Shown one piece after another: positions 1 to 9,703 of a DNA stretch of 60,600 nucleotides; the first letter of the stretch is position 1, and every line of letters begins with the position of its first letter. Origin of the DNA: Erysipelotrichaceae bacterium. GTDB taxonomy: Bacteria > Bacillota_I > Bacilli_A > Erysipelotrichales > Erysipelotrichaceae. Where the stretch lies: contig JBATBW010000081.1 of the NCBI GenBank assembly GCA_049662565.1, positions 1-60,600 of the forward strand, given 5' to 3'. A program made the position numbers and the translations under genes. The notes under the pieces are model-generated. The model worked only from the letters and a program-made list of their open reading frames with translations, was not told the DNA's origin and did no database searches.

Positions 1-587
1 CTAGTAAAGGCTCTAATTTTAGATTTAAAGATGTAGCGGTAATTATCAATAAGAATAGTGCAAGTGCTTCGGAAGTGCTTGCTGCAGCTTTAAAAGATAA
101 TGAAGTCGCAACAATCGTCGGAAACACATCATATGGTAAGGGAACATCACAAGAGATTAAAATGTTTAGTGATGGTAGCGCCTTAAAATATACTTCCGCA
201 ATTTGGTTGTCGCCAAAAGATCATGAAATCAATAATCAAGGAATTACTCCTGATCATCTAGTGGATATGCCGTCATTTCTTGCATTACCAATGACGGATT
301 TCACGGACAAAGAATTAGTAGTAAAATTTGATAGTGTCAATATCTTTACTGCCCAAATTCAACAAGGGTTAAATATGCTAGGTTATAGTAATCGAGTAGA
401 TGGTTATTATGATCAAATTACACTTAATAATTTAAAAGACTTTTGTCAAAAGAACGGGATTAGTTATCAAAAAGATGTTAACTACGATTACTATCATCAA
501 ATAATAAATAAGTTCTTATCATATTGGTTAGATAACCCATTAAAAGTAGATAGCCAATTAATTAAAGCATTAGAATTAATTAAATAA
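1..587 (+). CDS. S41-family C-terminal processing peptidase, 3' part (5' end outside window)
   Basis: The frame is open from nt 3 to the stop at 587; the track ORF at 75 is only an internal GTG. 'NKNSASASEVLAAALKDN..GNTSYGKG' resembles the S41 catalytic region. The tail 'IQQGLNMLGYSNRVDGYYDQITLNNLKDFCQKNGI' looks like a peptidoglycan-binding repeat. Confidence 0.75.
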   Translation, partial: SKGSNFRFKDVAVIINKNSASASEVLAAALKDNEVATIVGNTSYGKGTSQEIKMFSDGSALKYTSAIWLSPKDHEINNQGITPDHLVDMPSFLALPMTDFTDKELVVKFDSVNIFTAQIQQGLNMLGYSNRVDGYYDQITLNNLKDFCQKNGISYQKDVNYDYYHQIINKFLSYWLDNPLKVDSQLIKALELIK

Positions 588-767
588 TATGGTAAACTTT
601 TAACAAATTATATATATCAAGAAATTAGATTAATGAAATATATCTTAAGGTTAAATTAAGGATTGATGCATATATTTTTAAGATAATAATTATAAAATAT
701 AATTAAACCTTTAAAGATACGTAATATTTTCATCTTTATTGGGCATTATTAAAATTGAGGTACGTAG

Positions 768-1700
768 ATGAAATTTATATTAAAAATCACCATATTTTCA
801 ATCATATTTGTAATGCTCCTTTTTGGTGTGTCACAAATCGCAAGACCTAAAAATAATACACAAGAATGCGGGATGAATAATGTCAAAGCTAGTGGGATAT
901 TAGGTGAGAAAAGAAATAGCATTGATGTACTAGTAATTGGTGATAGTGAGGCCTTTTCTGCTATTTCACCTTTACAAATATTTGAAGATAGTGGTATTCC
1001 TGTTTATACTAGTGCCTCAGGAAGACAACTATTATATCGAAGCATTGACTATTTAGAAATGGCTTTAGAAAAACAAAAAATAAAAATGATTATTTTAGAA
1101 ACAAATAATATTTTTTCTAACTATAGTTATTTTAAATATGCAGCTGATCGAATTGGAAATATCTTTCCCATCATCAAATATAATACTTTTTGGAAAACGG
1201 AAAATATCAAATATATTGGTAAAGCCGCAGAATATACTTGGACTGATGATTTTAAAGGGTTCCATGTCCTAAAACATATCGATCCAAGTCCGGATAAGGA
1301 TTATATGAAACCAAGTGATGGTGAACAAAAAATCAATAAACTAAATAAAGAACATATTTTATATATCAATCAGTTGGCTAAAGAAAATGGAGCAAAATTA
1401 GTTTTCTTAAGTACACCAAGTACACTTAACTGGAATATGGAAAAACATAATAGTGTGGTAAAACTCGCTAAAGAAATGGAAGTTGATTATATTGATTTAA
1501 ATTTAATTGATATTGGTATTGATTGGGATAAAGATACTTACGATAAAGGTGACCATGTCAATTATACAGGGGCGAAGAAAGTTACTAGTTATCTAACTCA
1601 ATATTTAAAAGATACTAATCAATTTGAAGATCAAAGAGATAATGTTAAATATCGTAAATGGAAGAAAGCATTGAAAAGATATCATGCGGAAATTCAATAA
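768..1700 (+). CDS. membrane-anchored SGNH/GDSL-like hydrolase or acyl-esterase
   Basis: It has an N-terminal TM helix 'ITIFSIIFVMLLFGV'. 'VLVIGDSEAF' fits SGNH block I and 'KGDHVNYTG' fits block V (DxxH). A GAGG RBS lies upstream. Confidence 0.5.
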   Translation: MKFILKITIFSIIFVMLLFGVSQIARPKNNTQECGMNNVKASGILGEKRNSIDVLVIGDSEAFSAISPLQIFEDSGIPVYTSASGRQLLYRSIDYLEMALEKQKIKMIILETNNIFSNYSYFKYAADRIGNIFPIIKYNTFWKTENIKYIGKAAEYTWTDDFKGFHVLKHIDPSPDKDYMKPSDGEQKINKLNKEHILYINQLAKENGAKLVFLSTPSTLNWNMEKHNSVVKLAKEMEVDYIDLNLIDIGIDWDKDTYDKGDHVNYTGAKKVTSYLTQYLKDTNQFEDQRDNVKYRKWKKALKRYHAEIQ

Positions 1701-1705
1701 ATAGG

Positions 1706-1729
1706 AGATGATTGATTAATCATCTTTTT
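1706..1729 (+). terminator. intrinsic terminator
   Basis: An 8-bp stem agatgatt/aatcatct with a 4-nt loop is followed by a T-run. Confidence 0.7.
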
Positions 1730-1765
1730 ATATGGTGATTTTTTCACTAAATAGCGATATATAAG

Positions 1766-1794
1766 TTGACAAACTAGTATTTTATCCGTATTAT
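1766..1794 (+). promoter_or_regulatory. sigma-A-type promoter of the ATPase/RloB cassette
   Basis: TTGACA (1766-1771), a 17-nt spacer, then TATTAT (1789-1794). An AAGGAGA RBS precedes the ATG at 1818. Confidence 0.6.
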
Positions 1795-1817
1795 TTAACT
1801 ATATCAAGGAGAAAACT

Positions 1818-3158
1818 ATGCTTATAAATATTTCGATCGATAATTTCTTATCATATAATGATAAACAAGAATTAAATATGATTACCTCTAGTAAAATCCA
1901 AAAGATGAAGGAACATAAAGTGGTAATTAAAGGGACACCGATTTTAAAACATTGCGCTATTTATGGTGCTAATGCGGCAGGGAAATCTAGTTTAGTTAAA
2001 GCTTTTAATTTTATAAATGAGTTTGTGTCGAAAGGTTTTCCTAGTTATGGCAAAGAAATGTATTGTAGAACAAACAAAGATAATGCCACTAGAGTAAGCA
2101 CCTTTGAAATAACTTTTGTGATTGATGATATCTTTTATGCTTATGGGTTTGAAGCAATATTAAAAGAAGGGAAAATACGTAGGGAATGGTTATATAAACT
2201 GAAATCAGATTGCACTTACAAAGTTTTATTTGAGCGTAATAATAAACAAGTTCAAAAGGGGGATGGGCTTAATCTACCATTTTCCGAGTTAACTATAATG
2301 AATAATTGGATAAGTGATTATAATTTAGATTCTCATAAATTGTTTTTAACTTTTATCAATGAACAAGCCTATGGAATAGAAAATACTAAGTTAAGATGCT
2401 TATATGATGTATTTACATGGTTAACTTATGGTATCGATATTTATACGCCACATATGAGTAAAATAAATTTGAATCACTACAGTAAACCGGAATTATTGAA
2501 TAAAATAAAAAAGATAATTAAGTGTTTTGATGTCAGTATTAGTGATGTATTTTTAAAAGAAGTAGAAATATCGGAAATAGAAAAAGAAATTGAACCGGAA
2601 TTTTATCGTAATACGATTAATAAACTTTTAAGTGAAAAAGAAGATAAACCTCACGTATCGATGTTTAATGGAAAAAATTATATTAAAATAGAATGTATGC
2701 CAACTGGCGAATTAAAAGCTTTAGTCCTTAATTTTAAACATGATAAATCGGATTTTGATTTTACACTAGCGGAAGAATCGGATGGCACAAGAAGAATTTT
2801 TGATTTTATGCATATTTTATTATGCGATGTTCCATACAAAGTATTTGTAGTTGATGAATTAGAGCGTAGTTTACATCCGAAGATGACAGAAGCATTCATT
2901 GATTTATTTGATGAATTACATCAAGATGATAAAATTCAATTAATATTCACTACCCATGAATCAACAATAATGAGTCAGGAGTTCTTCCGTCGTGATGAAA
3001 TATGGTTTGTAAAAAAAGATGAAGACAATCACAGTGTGATTTATCCGTTAGATAGCTATGAGGATAGATACGATAAGGTTTTAAACAGAACTTATCTTTG
3101 TGGCGGATATGGAGCTGTCCCAAATATTCGCAAATATGAGGAAGAAGATAGCGAGTAA
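1818..3158 (+). CDS. AAA_21/ABC-type (SMC-like) ATPase, AbiLi/RloA-like
   Basis: Walker A 'GANAAGKSS', Walker B 'VFVVDELERSLHP' and an H-loop-like 'FTTHES' are present. It is paired with an RloB-type gene. Confidence 0.75.
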   Translation: MLINISIDNFLSYNDKQELNMITSSKIQKMKEHKVVIKGTPILKHCAIYGANAAGKSSLVKAFNFINEFVSKGFPSYGKEMYCRTNKDNATRVSTFEITFVIDDIFYAYGFEAILKEGKIRREWLYKLKSDCTYKVLFERNNKQVQKGDGLNLPFSELTIMNNWISDYNLDSHKLFLTFINEQAYGIENTKLRCLYDVFTWLTYGIDIYTPHMSKINLNHYSKPELLNKIKKIIKCFDVSISDVFLKEVEISEIEKEIEPEFYRNTINKLLSEKEDKPHVSMFNGKNYIKIECMPTGELKALVLNFKHDKSDFDFTLAEESDGTRRIFDFMHILLCDVPYKVFVVDELERSLHPKMTEAFIDLFDELHQDDKIQLIFTTHESTIMSQEFFRRDEIWFVKKDEDNHSVIYPLDSYEDRYDKVLNRTYLCGGYGAVPNIRKYEEEDSE

Positions 3159-3162
3159 ACCT

Positions 3163-3870
3163 ATGTCACCAATTAAAGAATATACCAATTGGAATATCCG
3201 AAAAAGTGATATAGAAAAGAAGGTACCAATCCATAAAAGATATTATTTTATTTGTGAAGGTAGAAATACAGAAAAATGGTATTTTAAAAAACTGATTGAT
3301 AGGCGAAAAGAATTATCAATTAGTGACAATATAGAATTGGTGTTCTTAGAAAAAACGGGAACTGATGAAAATGTTTCTAATCCTAAAAGTTTATTGAAGC
3401 TAGCGAAAAAGCAAAAAGCTAGTAATAAATATAATCCGCAAATTGAGCAAATTATAATTATATTTGATGCAGATATCTATAAAGATAATAAAGAAGAATA
3501 TCAAAAATTAATAAAGAATGCGAAAGGTTTTAAGTTAGGTGTTACATATCCGAGTTTCGAACTTTTCTTGTTATTGCACAATGAAAATGCGGTGGATAAA
3601 CTGATTAAACCGCATAAAAAAGAAATTATTGAAAATGAATGGGTTAATGGCGGAAGTGTTAGTAGAAAAAGATATGTTCATAAATTATTTACCGATAACT
3701 ACAAAATTAACCCGAAGACTAATGATCGAGTTGGGGATTTAGTTAATTATCTCGATATTGCTATTGCCCAGGAAAATAAGATTAATAGTAATATTGATAA
3801 TGCAGTTGGGGTTATTACTAGTAATATTGGTCATATCATTAAATCAATTATTAAGGATAAGGGTAATTAG
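3163..3870 (+). CDS. RloB-domain (Toprim-like) protein, AbiLii-like
   Basis: 'YYFICEGRNTEKWYF' matches the RloB CEGxxTExxYF signature, and an acidic 'IIIFDADIY' follows. I chose the ATG at 3163, just after the upstream stop (3156-3158); in-frame alternatives are at 3100, 3109 and 3136. Confidence 0.7.
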   Translation: MSPIKEYTNWNIRKSDIEKKVPIHKRYYFICEGRNTEKWYFKKLIDRRKELSISDNIELVFLEKTGTDENVSNPKSLLKLAKKQKASNKYNPQIEQIIIIFDADIYKDNKEEYQKLIKNAKGFKLGVTYPSFELFLLLHNENAVDKLIKPHKKEIIENEWVNGGSVSRKRYVHKLFTDNYKINPKTNDRVGDLVNYLDIAIAQENKINSNIDNAVGVITSNIGHIIKSIIKDKGN

Positions 3871-3898
3871 TGTAACTATAAAGGTTACCCTTTTTTTT
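3859..3898 (+). terminator. probable intrinsic terminator
   Basis: The stem aagggtaa/ttaccctt has a large loop and is followed by T8. It overlaps the stop codon. Confidence 0.5.
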
Positions 3899-3964
3899 GT
3901 GGTTATAATAATAGGGATATAAGTATAAATATGATAAAATATAAGAGAATAAAGGAGGTTTTGT

Positions 3965-5932
3965 ATGTTTGAATTAGTTTCTAGTTATCAACCTAATGGT
4001 GATCAACCGCAAGCTATTAAGCAATTAGTTGAAGGTTTGAACAATAATAAAAAACATCAAGTTTTACTTGGGGCGACAGGTACAGGTAAGACTTTTACTA
4101 TTGCTAATGTGATAAAAGAAGTTAATCGTCCGACTTTAGTTTTTGTCCACAACAAAACCTTGGCAGGACAATTATATGGTGAATTTAAGGAGTTGTTCCC
4201 TAATAACCATGTCGAATATTTTGTTTCAAACTTTGATTTTTATCAACCCGAAGCTTATATTGTAAAAAGTGATACGTATGTTGAAAAGACTGCGATGATT
4301 AATCAAGAATTAGATATGTTAAGGATGGCGGCGTTAAATGCGGTATTAGAACATCGGGATACAATAATTGTTGCCAGTGTGGCTTGTATCTTCGCTAGTA
4401 GTGATCCTAATTATTATAAAGATATGTTTTTTACGATTCATACTAAGGAAAGAATTAGTCGGGATGAATTGTTGTTGAAGCTTGTAGATCGTCAATATCA
4501 TCGTAATGATATTGAGTTAGAACCGGGTAGTTTTCGGGTTAATGGTGATGTAATTGATATATCATTAAATTCTACGAATGAGTTTATGTTGCGTATTGAA
4601 ATGTTTGATGATGAAATTGAAAGAATATTAGAAATTGATAAAGTTACTAATAATATTAAACAGGCTTATCAGTTGTATAATGTTTTTCCGGCTAATGTTT
4701 ATTCGCGGGATAAAGATCAAATATTAAGAGCTTGTCAAGATATTGAAAAAGAGCTGAATGAACGAGTGGCTTATTTTCATGAACATAATTTATTGTTGGA
4801 AGAACAACGTTTGTCACAGCGCACATTATATGATTTAGAAGCATTAAGAGAATTTGGGATGTGTAAGGGGATTGAAAACTATTCGATGCATATTGATGGT
4901 AGGCCACCTGAACAACGTCCGTTTAATTTATTTGATTATTTCCCGGATGATTATTTGTTAGTTGTGGATGAATCGCATGTTTCTTTACCACAAGTTAAAG
5001 GGATGTATAATGGGGATCATGCTCGTAAACAAACATTGGTGGATTATGGTTTTCGTTTGCCTTCGGCCTTGCATAATCGCCCGATGCGCTTTGAAGAATT
5101 TCAAGAGTTAATTAATCAAGCGATATATATTAGTGCTACACCAGGCGATTATGAGTTAGAGCTAGTCGATAATCAAGTAGTGCAACAAATTATTCGTCCG
5201 ACCGGATTAATTGATCCGATTATTGAAGTGCGTCCGACTAAAGGGCAAATTGATGATCTCGCTAATGAGTTGAATATGGTTATTGCGAAAAATCAAAGAG
5301 CATTAATCACAACCTTAACAGTTAAGATGGCCGAAGATTTGACCCATTATTTGACAATGGCAAATTATAAAGTAGCTTACTTACATCATGAAACTAAAAC
5401 TTTAGAAAGAACGGAAATAATTAGAGATTTACGTTTAGGTAAAATTGATGTATTAGTGGGTATTAATTTATTAAGAGAAGGTTTAGATATTCCTGAAGTA
5501 TCCTTAGTATCAATAATGGATGCGGATAAAGAAGGTTTTTTACGCAGTTATCGTTCATTAGTTCAAACGATTGGACGGGCAGCCCGTAATAGTGAAGGTC
5601 GCGTTATTATGTATGGTGATAAGATGACGGATTCAATGACGAAAGCCATTCAAGAAACTAATCGTCGACGCCAAATTCAAATGGCTTATAATGAGGAACA
5701 TCATATCACGCCAAAAACGATTATTAAAGAAGTGCGGGAGGCTATTAGTGATAAAGAAACTAAACAAGCATATACTAAGTATATTAGTAAGAAAAATAAT
5801 AAAGTAGGCGGTAAAGCAAAAGAAGATTTAATTATTTCTTTAGAAAAAGAAATGAAACAAGCAGCTAGTGTTTTAGACTTTGAAAAAGCTGCGAATTTAA
5901 GAGATATCATTTTTGAATTAAAAAGTGAGTGA
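3965..5932 (+). CDS. uvrB: excinuclease ABC subunit B
   Basis: 'GDQPQAI', 'GATGTGKTF' and 'VVDESHV' helicase motifs are present, and the C-terminal UVR domain reads 'LDFEKAANLRD'. Confidence 0.97.
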   Translation: MFELVSSYQPNGDQPQAIKQLVEGLNNNKKHQVLLGATGTGKTFTIANVIKEVNRPTLVFVHNKTLAGQLYGEFKELFPNNHVEYFVSNFDFYQPEAYIVKSDTYVEKTAMINQELDMLRMAALNAVLEHRDTIIVASVACIFASSDPNYYKDMFFTIHTKERISRDELLLKLVDRQYHRNDIELEPGSFRVNGDVIDISLNSTNEFMLRIEMFDDEIERILEIDKVTNNIKQAYQLYNVFPANVYSRDKDQILRACQDIEKELNERVAYFHEHNLLLEEQRLSQRTLYDLEALREFGMCKGIENYSMHIDGRPPEQRPFNLFDYFPDDYLLVVDESHVSLPQVKGMYNGDHARKQTLVDYGFRLPSALHNRPMRFEEFQELINQAIYISATPGDYELELVDNQVVQQIIRPTGLIDPIIEVRPTKGQIDDLANELNMVIAKNQRALITTLTVKMAEDLTHYLTMANYKVAYLHHETKTLERTEIIRDLRLGKIDVLVGINLLREGLDIPEVSLVSIMDADKEGFLRSYRSLVQTIGRAARNSEGRVIMYGDKMTDSMTKAIQETNRRRQIQMAYNEEHHITPKTIIKEVREAISDKETKQAYTKYISKKNNKVGGKAKEDLIISLEKEMKQAASVLDFEKAANLRDIIFELKSE

Positions 5933-5940
5933 GGATGTTT

Positions 5941-8763
5941 ATGCAAGATAAAATAATTATTAAGGGAGCCCGAGAAAATAATCTAAAAGATGTGAACCTA
6001 GAGTTCCCTAAAAATAAATTAGTGGTATTTAGTGGTGTCAGTGGCTGTGGGAAAAGCTCATTAGCTTTTGATACTATCTATGCCGAAGGGCAAAGAAGAT
6101 ATGTGGAATCATTAAGTGCTTATGCTCGTCAGTTTTTAGGTAATAGTGAAAAACCGGATGTGGATTTAATTGAAGGATTATTGCCAGCGATTGCGATTGA
6201 CCAAAAGACGACCAATAATAATCCGAGATCAACTGTGGGTACGGTAACGGAAATATATGATTACTTACGTCTATTATATGCGCGAGTTGGGGTACCATAT
6301 TGTCCAAATCACCATATCCCAATTACGAGTATGAGTGTTAAAAAAATGGTCGAAAAGATTGAAGAAATAAGTGAGGGGACAAGATTAGTAATTCTTGCAC
6401 CAATTGCGAAGAATAGTAAAGGGACATTTAAAGATACTTTTGATAAACTTAAAAAAGATGGGTTTGTTAGAGTAGAGGTAGATAATGAAATATTTGTTTT
6501 AGATGAAATTAAACCGTTAGAAAAAAATAATAAACATAATATTAATGTAGTGATTGATCGTTTAGTTAAAAAAGAAGAGAATCAAATGCGTTATATGGAT
6601 TCTATTGAAACGGCTTTAAAATATGGTAATGGGGTCGTAATTATTAAATATGATGATCAAGCATTAACTTTTAGTAGTAACTATAGTTGTATTGAATGTG
6701 GATTTTCAATTACGGAATTAGAACCTCGTTTGTTCTCTTTTAATGCGCCAATTGGGGCCTGTGAACATTGTAAGGGAATTGGTAGTGTTCAAAGTGTGGA
6801 CAATGATTTCTTAATACCGGATGCTTCATTAAGTATTAATGAAGGAGGGATTGCTTACTATAAGAATTTAGTAAATACGGATAGTATTGAATGGCAAAAC
6901 TTTAAATCATTAATGGATCATTACCATGTTGATGGTGATTGTCCAATAAATAAATTACCAAAGAAACAATTAGAATACTTATTAGTTGGATCAGATGAAC
7001 CAATTAGTTATACAATTGAAAGTAAAAGTGGAAACAAATATATTAAAAAAGATTATATTGAAGGAGTAAGCACTTTAATATTACGTCGTTATCATGAAAC
7101 AACATCCCAAATGAGTAAAGATTGGTACGCCAAATTCTTAAGTGAAAATGAATGTCCAGTATGTCATGGTGATCGTTTAAATCCGATGGCCTTAAGTGTC
7201 TTAGTTGGTAAGAAGAATATTGCAGACTTTACTAAGATGTCAATTAAAGAAGCATTACACTTTATTAATAGTTTAAAACTTAGTGTAAGTGAACAAGAAA
7301 TTAGTCGTTTAATCATTAAAGAAATTAAAAGTCGATTACAATTTTTAGTTAATGTTGGATTAGAATACTTATCATTAAATCGTATAGCTGGTACTTTAAG
7401 TGGTGGTGAATCTCAAAGAATTAGATTAGCTACGCAAATAGGGACTAGTTTAACTGGGGTCTTATATGTGTTAGATGAACCATCAATTGGTCTTCATCAA
7501 AAAGATAATGATCGCTTAATTGCGACATTAAAACAAATGCGAGATTTAGGAAATACTTTAGTTGTCGTTGAACATGATGAAGATACTTTACGAGCTAGTG
7601 ATTATATCGTGGATATTGGACCTAAAGCGGGTGAACATGGTGGAGAAATCATCTACCAAGGTGACTTAGAGGGTATTATGAATTGTGAACAATCAATTAC
7701 GGGTCAATACTTATCGGGTAAAAAACAAATTGTGATGCCACATACTATTCGTAAGGGTAATGGTAATTACTTAAAGGTAGTGAAGGCTAAAGGAAACAAT
7801 TTAAAGAATGTAAGTGTTAAGATACCCTTAGGAACTTTCACATGTGTTAGTGGAGTTAGTGGTAGTGGAAAGAGTACATTAGTAAATGAAATTATTGGTA
7901 AAGCTGTGGCCTTGCATTTAGGGCGATCAAAGGTTAAACCTTTGGAATATCAAAAGATTGAAGGGTTAGAACATATTGATAAATTAGTAGTAATTGATCA
8001 AAAGCCAATCGGGAAAACACCAAGATCTAATCCGGCTACCTATACAGGTGTCTTTGATGATATTCGTGATTTGTTTGCCTTAACACCAACAGCTAAACTT
8101 AAAGGATATGATAAGGGGCGTTTCTCTTTTAATGTGAGAGGTGGACGTTGTGAAGCTTGTCAAGGTGATGGAGTAAGAAGGATATCAATGCACTTTTTAC
8201 CTGACGTCTATGTGCAATGTGAAGAATGTCATGGACAAAGATATAATGATGCGACTTTAGAAGTAACATATAAAGGATTAAATATTAGTCAAGTATTAGA
8301 CTTAACGGTAGAAAAAGCGATTGATTTCTTTAGTAATATTCATAAAATTAAAAGACAACTACAAGTATTAGATGATGTTGGACTAGGGTATATTCGTTTA
8401 GGACAAGCTGCAACTACTTTAAGTGGTGGTGAAGCTCAAAGAATTAAACTAGCATTTGAACTACAAAAACGAGCTACCGGTAAAACTTTATTTATTTTAG
8501 ATGAACCGACTACCGGGTTACATAGTGATGATGTCAATAAATTAATCCAAGTTATCCAAAAGATTGCGGATAATGGGGATAGTGTGATTGTCATTGAACA
8601 CAATTTAGATGTTTTAAAATGTGCGGATTATATCATCGATATGGGGCCAAATGGTGGTGATGATGGCGGAAAAGTTATCTTTAGCGGAACAATTAATGAT
8701 ATAATTAATTGTAAGGAAAGTTATACTGGAGCATATCTACATAAAATAATTAAGGAGAGATAA
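5941..8763 (+). CDS. uvrA: excinuclease ABC subunit A
   Basis: 'ARENNLK', two ABC modules ('GVSGCGKSS' and 'GVSGSGKST', with 'LSGGE' twice) and zinc-finger CxxC pairs are present. I chose the ATG at 5941, which follows a GAGGA RBS; the track start at 5929 is a GTG. Confidence 0.96.
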   Translation: MQDKIIIKGARENNLKDVNLEFPKNKLVVFSGVSGCGKSSLAFDTIYAEGQRRYVESLSAYARQFLGNSEKPDVDLIEGLLPAIAIDQKTTNNNPRSTVGTVTEIYDYLRLLYARVGVPYCPNHHIPITSMSVKKMVEKIEEISEGTRLVILAPIAKNSKGTFKDTFDKLKKDGFVRVEVDNEIFVLDEIKPLEKNNKHNINVVIDRLVKKEENQMRYMDSIETALKYGNGVVIIKYDDQALTFSSNYSCIECGFSITELEPRLFSFNAPIGACEHCKGIGSVQSVDNDFLIPDASLSINEGGIAYYKNLVNTDSIEWQNFKSLMDHYHVDGDCPINKLPKKQLEYLLVGSDEPISYTIESKSGNKYIKKDYIEGVSTLILRRYHETTSQMSKDWYAKFLSENECPVCHGDRLNPMALSVLVGKKNIADFTKMSIKEALHFINSLKLSVSEQEISRLIIKEIKSRLQFLVNVGLEYLSLNRIAGTLSGGESQRIRLATQIGTSLTGVLYVLDEPSIGLHQKDNDRLIATLKQMRDLGNTLVVVEHDEDTLRASDYIVDIGPKAGEHGGEIIYQGDLEGIMNCEQSITGQYLSGKKQIVMPHTIRKGNGNYLKVVKAKGNNLKNVSVKIPLGTFTCVSGVSGSGKSTLVNEIIGKAVALHLGRSKVKPLEYQKIEGLEHIDKLVVIDQKPIGKTPRSNPATYTGVFDDIRDLFALTPTAKLKGYDKGRFSFNVRGGRCEACQGDGVRRISMHFLPDVYVQCEECHGQRYNDATLEVTYKGLNISQVLDLTVEKAIDFFSNIHKIKRQLQVLDDVGLGYIRLGQAATTLSGGEAQRIKLAFELQKRATGKTLFILDEPTTGLHSDDVNKLIQVIQKIADNGDSVIVIEHNLDVLKCADYIIDMGPNGGDDGGKVIFSGTINDIINCKESYTGAYLHKIIKER

Positions 8764-8764
8764 T

Positions 8765-9703
8765 ATGGAAGAAAAAAAAGTATATATTAAAGAACTAGCC
8801 GATTTTCTAAACTTGAAACAACTAACAGGTAATGATGAAGCTTTAAATCGTTGGGTTATTGTTTCGGATGTTAATCGTCCGGGATTGGAATTATCGGGAT
8901 TTTTATTAGAATCCGAATTAAAAAGAGTGATTATTTTAGGTAATAAAGAATTATCATATATTTATACATTAGATCCAGAAACTAGACTAGAAAGATTCAA
9001 AAGTTTAACAGATGGGTTTACTCCTTGTATCATTATCTCAAGTAATCGCCATTGCCCTAGCCAATTAGTGCAAATTGCGAGTGAAAGAAATTTCCCAGTA
9101 TTTGTCACAATGAAAAAATCTAGTCGTTTATTAGTAGAAGTAGTCGGTTTCTTAGAAAAGAAATTAGCACCTAGCGATAATATTCATGGTGGTTTAATGA
9201 GTATTTATGGTAAAGGAGTTATGATACTTGGGCCAAGTGGTATTGGTAAAAGTGAAGTAGCTTTAGAATTGATTAAAAAAGGGCATGTGCTTGTTGCGGA
9301 TGATCGCGTTGATGTGAAAAGAATTCAAAATCGCATTACGGGTCAAGCGCCAGATATCTTATATGGTATGTTAGAGATTAGAGGAATAGGTATTATTGAT
9401 TGTGTCAAAATGTTTGGTGCTTCTAGTGTAACACCAGATGTTAATGTCGATTTTGTCGTGAAATTATCACGTTGGAATGACGATAGCGCCATGCGTTTGA
9501 CGGATGATCAACAACTAACTTATCGTATTTTAGATATGGATGTACCGATGATTGATTTACCAGTTAGTGAAGGGCGTTCGATATCAACAATTATTGAATC
9601 AGCTGTTACTAATTTCAATTTAAAATTAATGGGATTTGATAGTCAAGAGGAATTCTATACTCGTCAAATGGATTTCATTAGAAAAAAAGAGGGTGATGAA
9701 TAA
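8765..9703 (+). CDS. hprK: HPr kinase/phosphorylase
   Basis: P-loop 'GPSGIGKSE' and 'LEIRGIGIID' are present, with the typical length and position upstream of lgt. Confidence 0.95.
   Translation: MEEKKVYIKELADFLNLKQLTGNDEALNRWVIVSDVNRPGLELSGFLLESELKRVIILGNKELSYIYTLDPETRLERFKSLTDGFTPCIIISSNRHCPSQLVQIASERNFPVFVTMKKSSRLLVEVVGFLEKKLAPSDNIHGGLMSIYGKGVMILGPSGIGKSEVALELIKKGHVLVADDRVDVKRIQNRITGQAPDILYGMLEIRGIGIIDCVKMFGASSVTPDVNVDFVVKLSRWNDDSAMRLTDDQQLTYRILDMDVPMIDLPVSEGRSISTIIESAVTNFNLKLMGFDSQEEFYTRQMDFIRKKEGDE

Noticed and set aside
3871-3964. A LexA (Cheo box, GAAC-N4-GTTC) operator upstream of uvrB.
   Set aside because: There is no GAAC...GTTC element in the spacer. The only inverted repeat (gtaac-N7-gttac, 3872-3888) belongs to the upstream terminator hairpin region.
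5930-5932. The possibility of Mollicutes-type genetic code 4 (TGA = Trp), given the low GC content.
   Set aside because: TGA terminates several well-defined genes at the expected family length: uvrB at 5930-5932, the response regulator at 29655-29657 and the DHHW gene at 20464-20466. Trp positions in conserved motifs are TGG.
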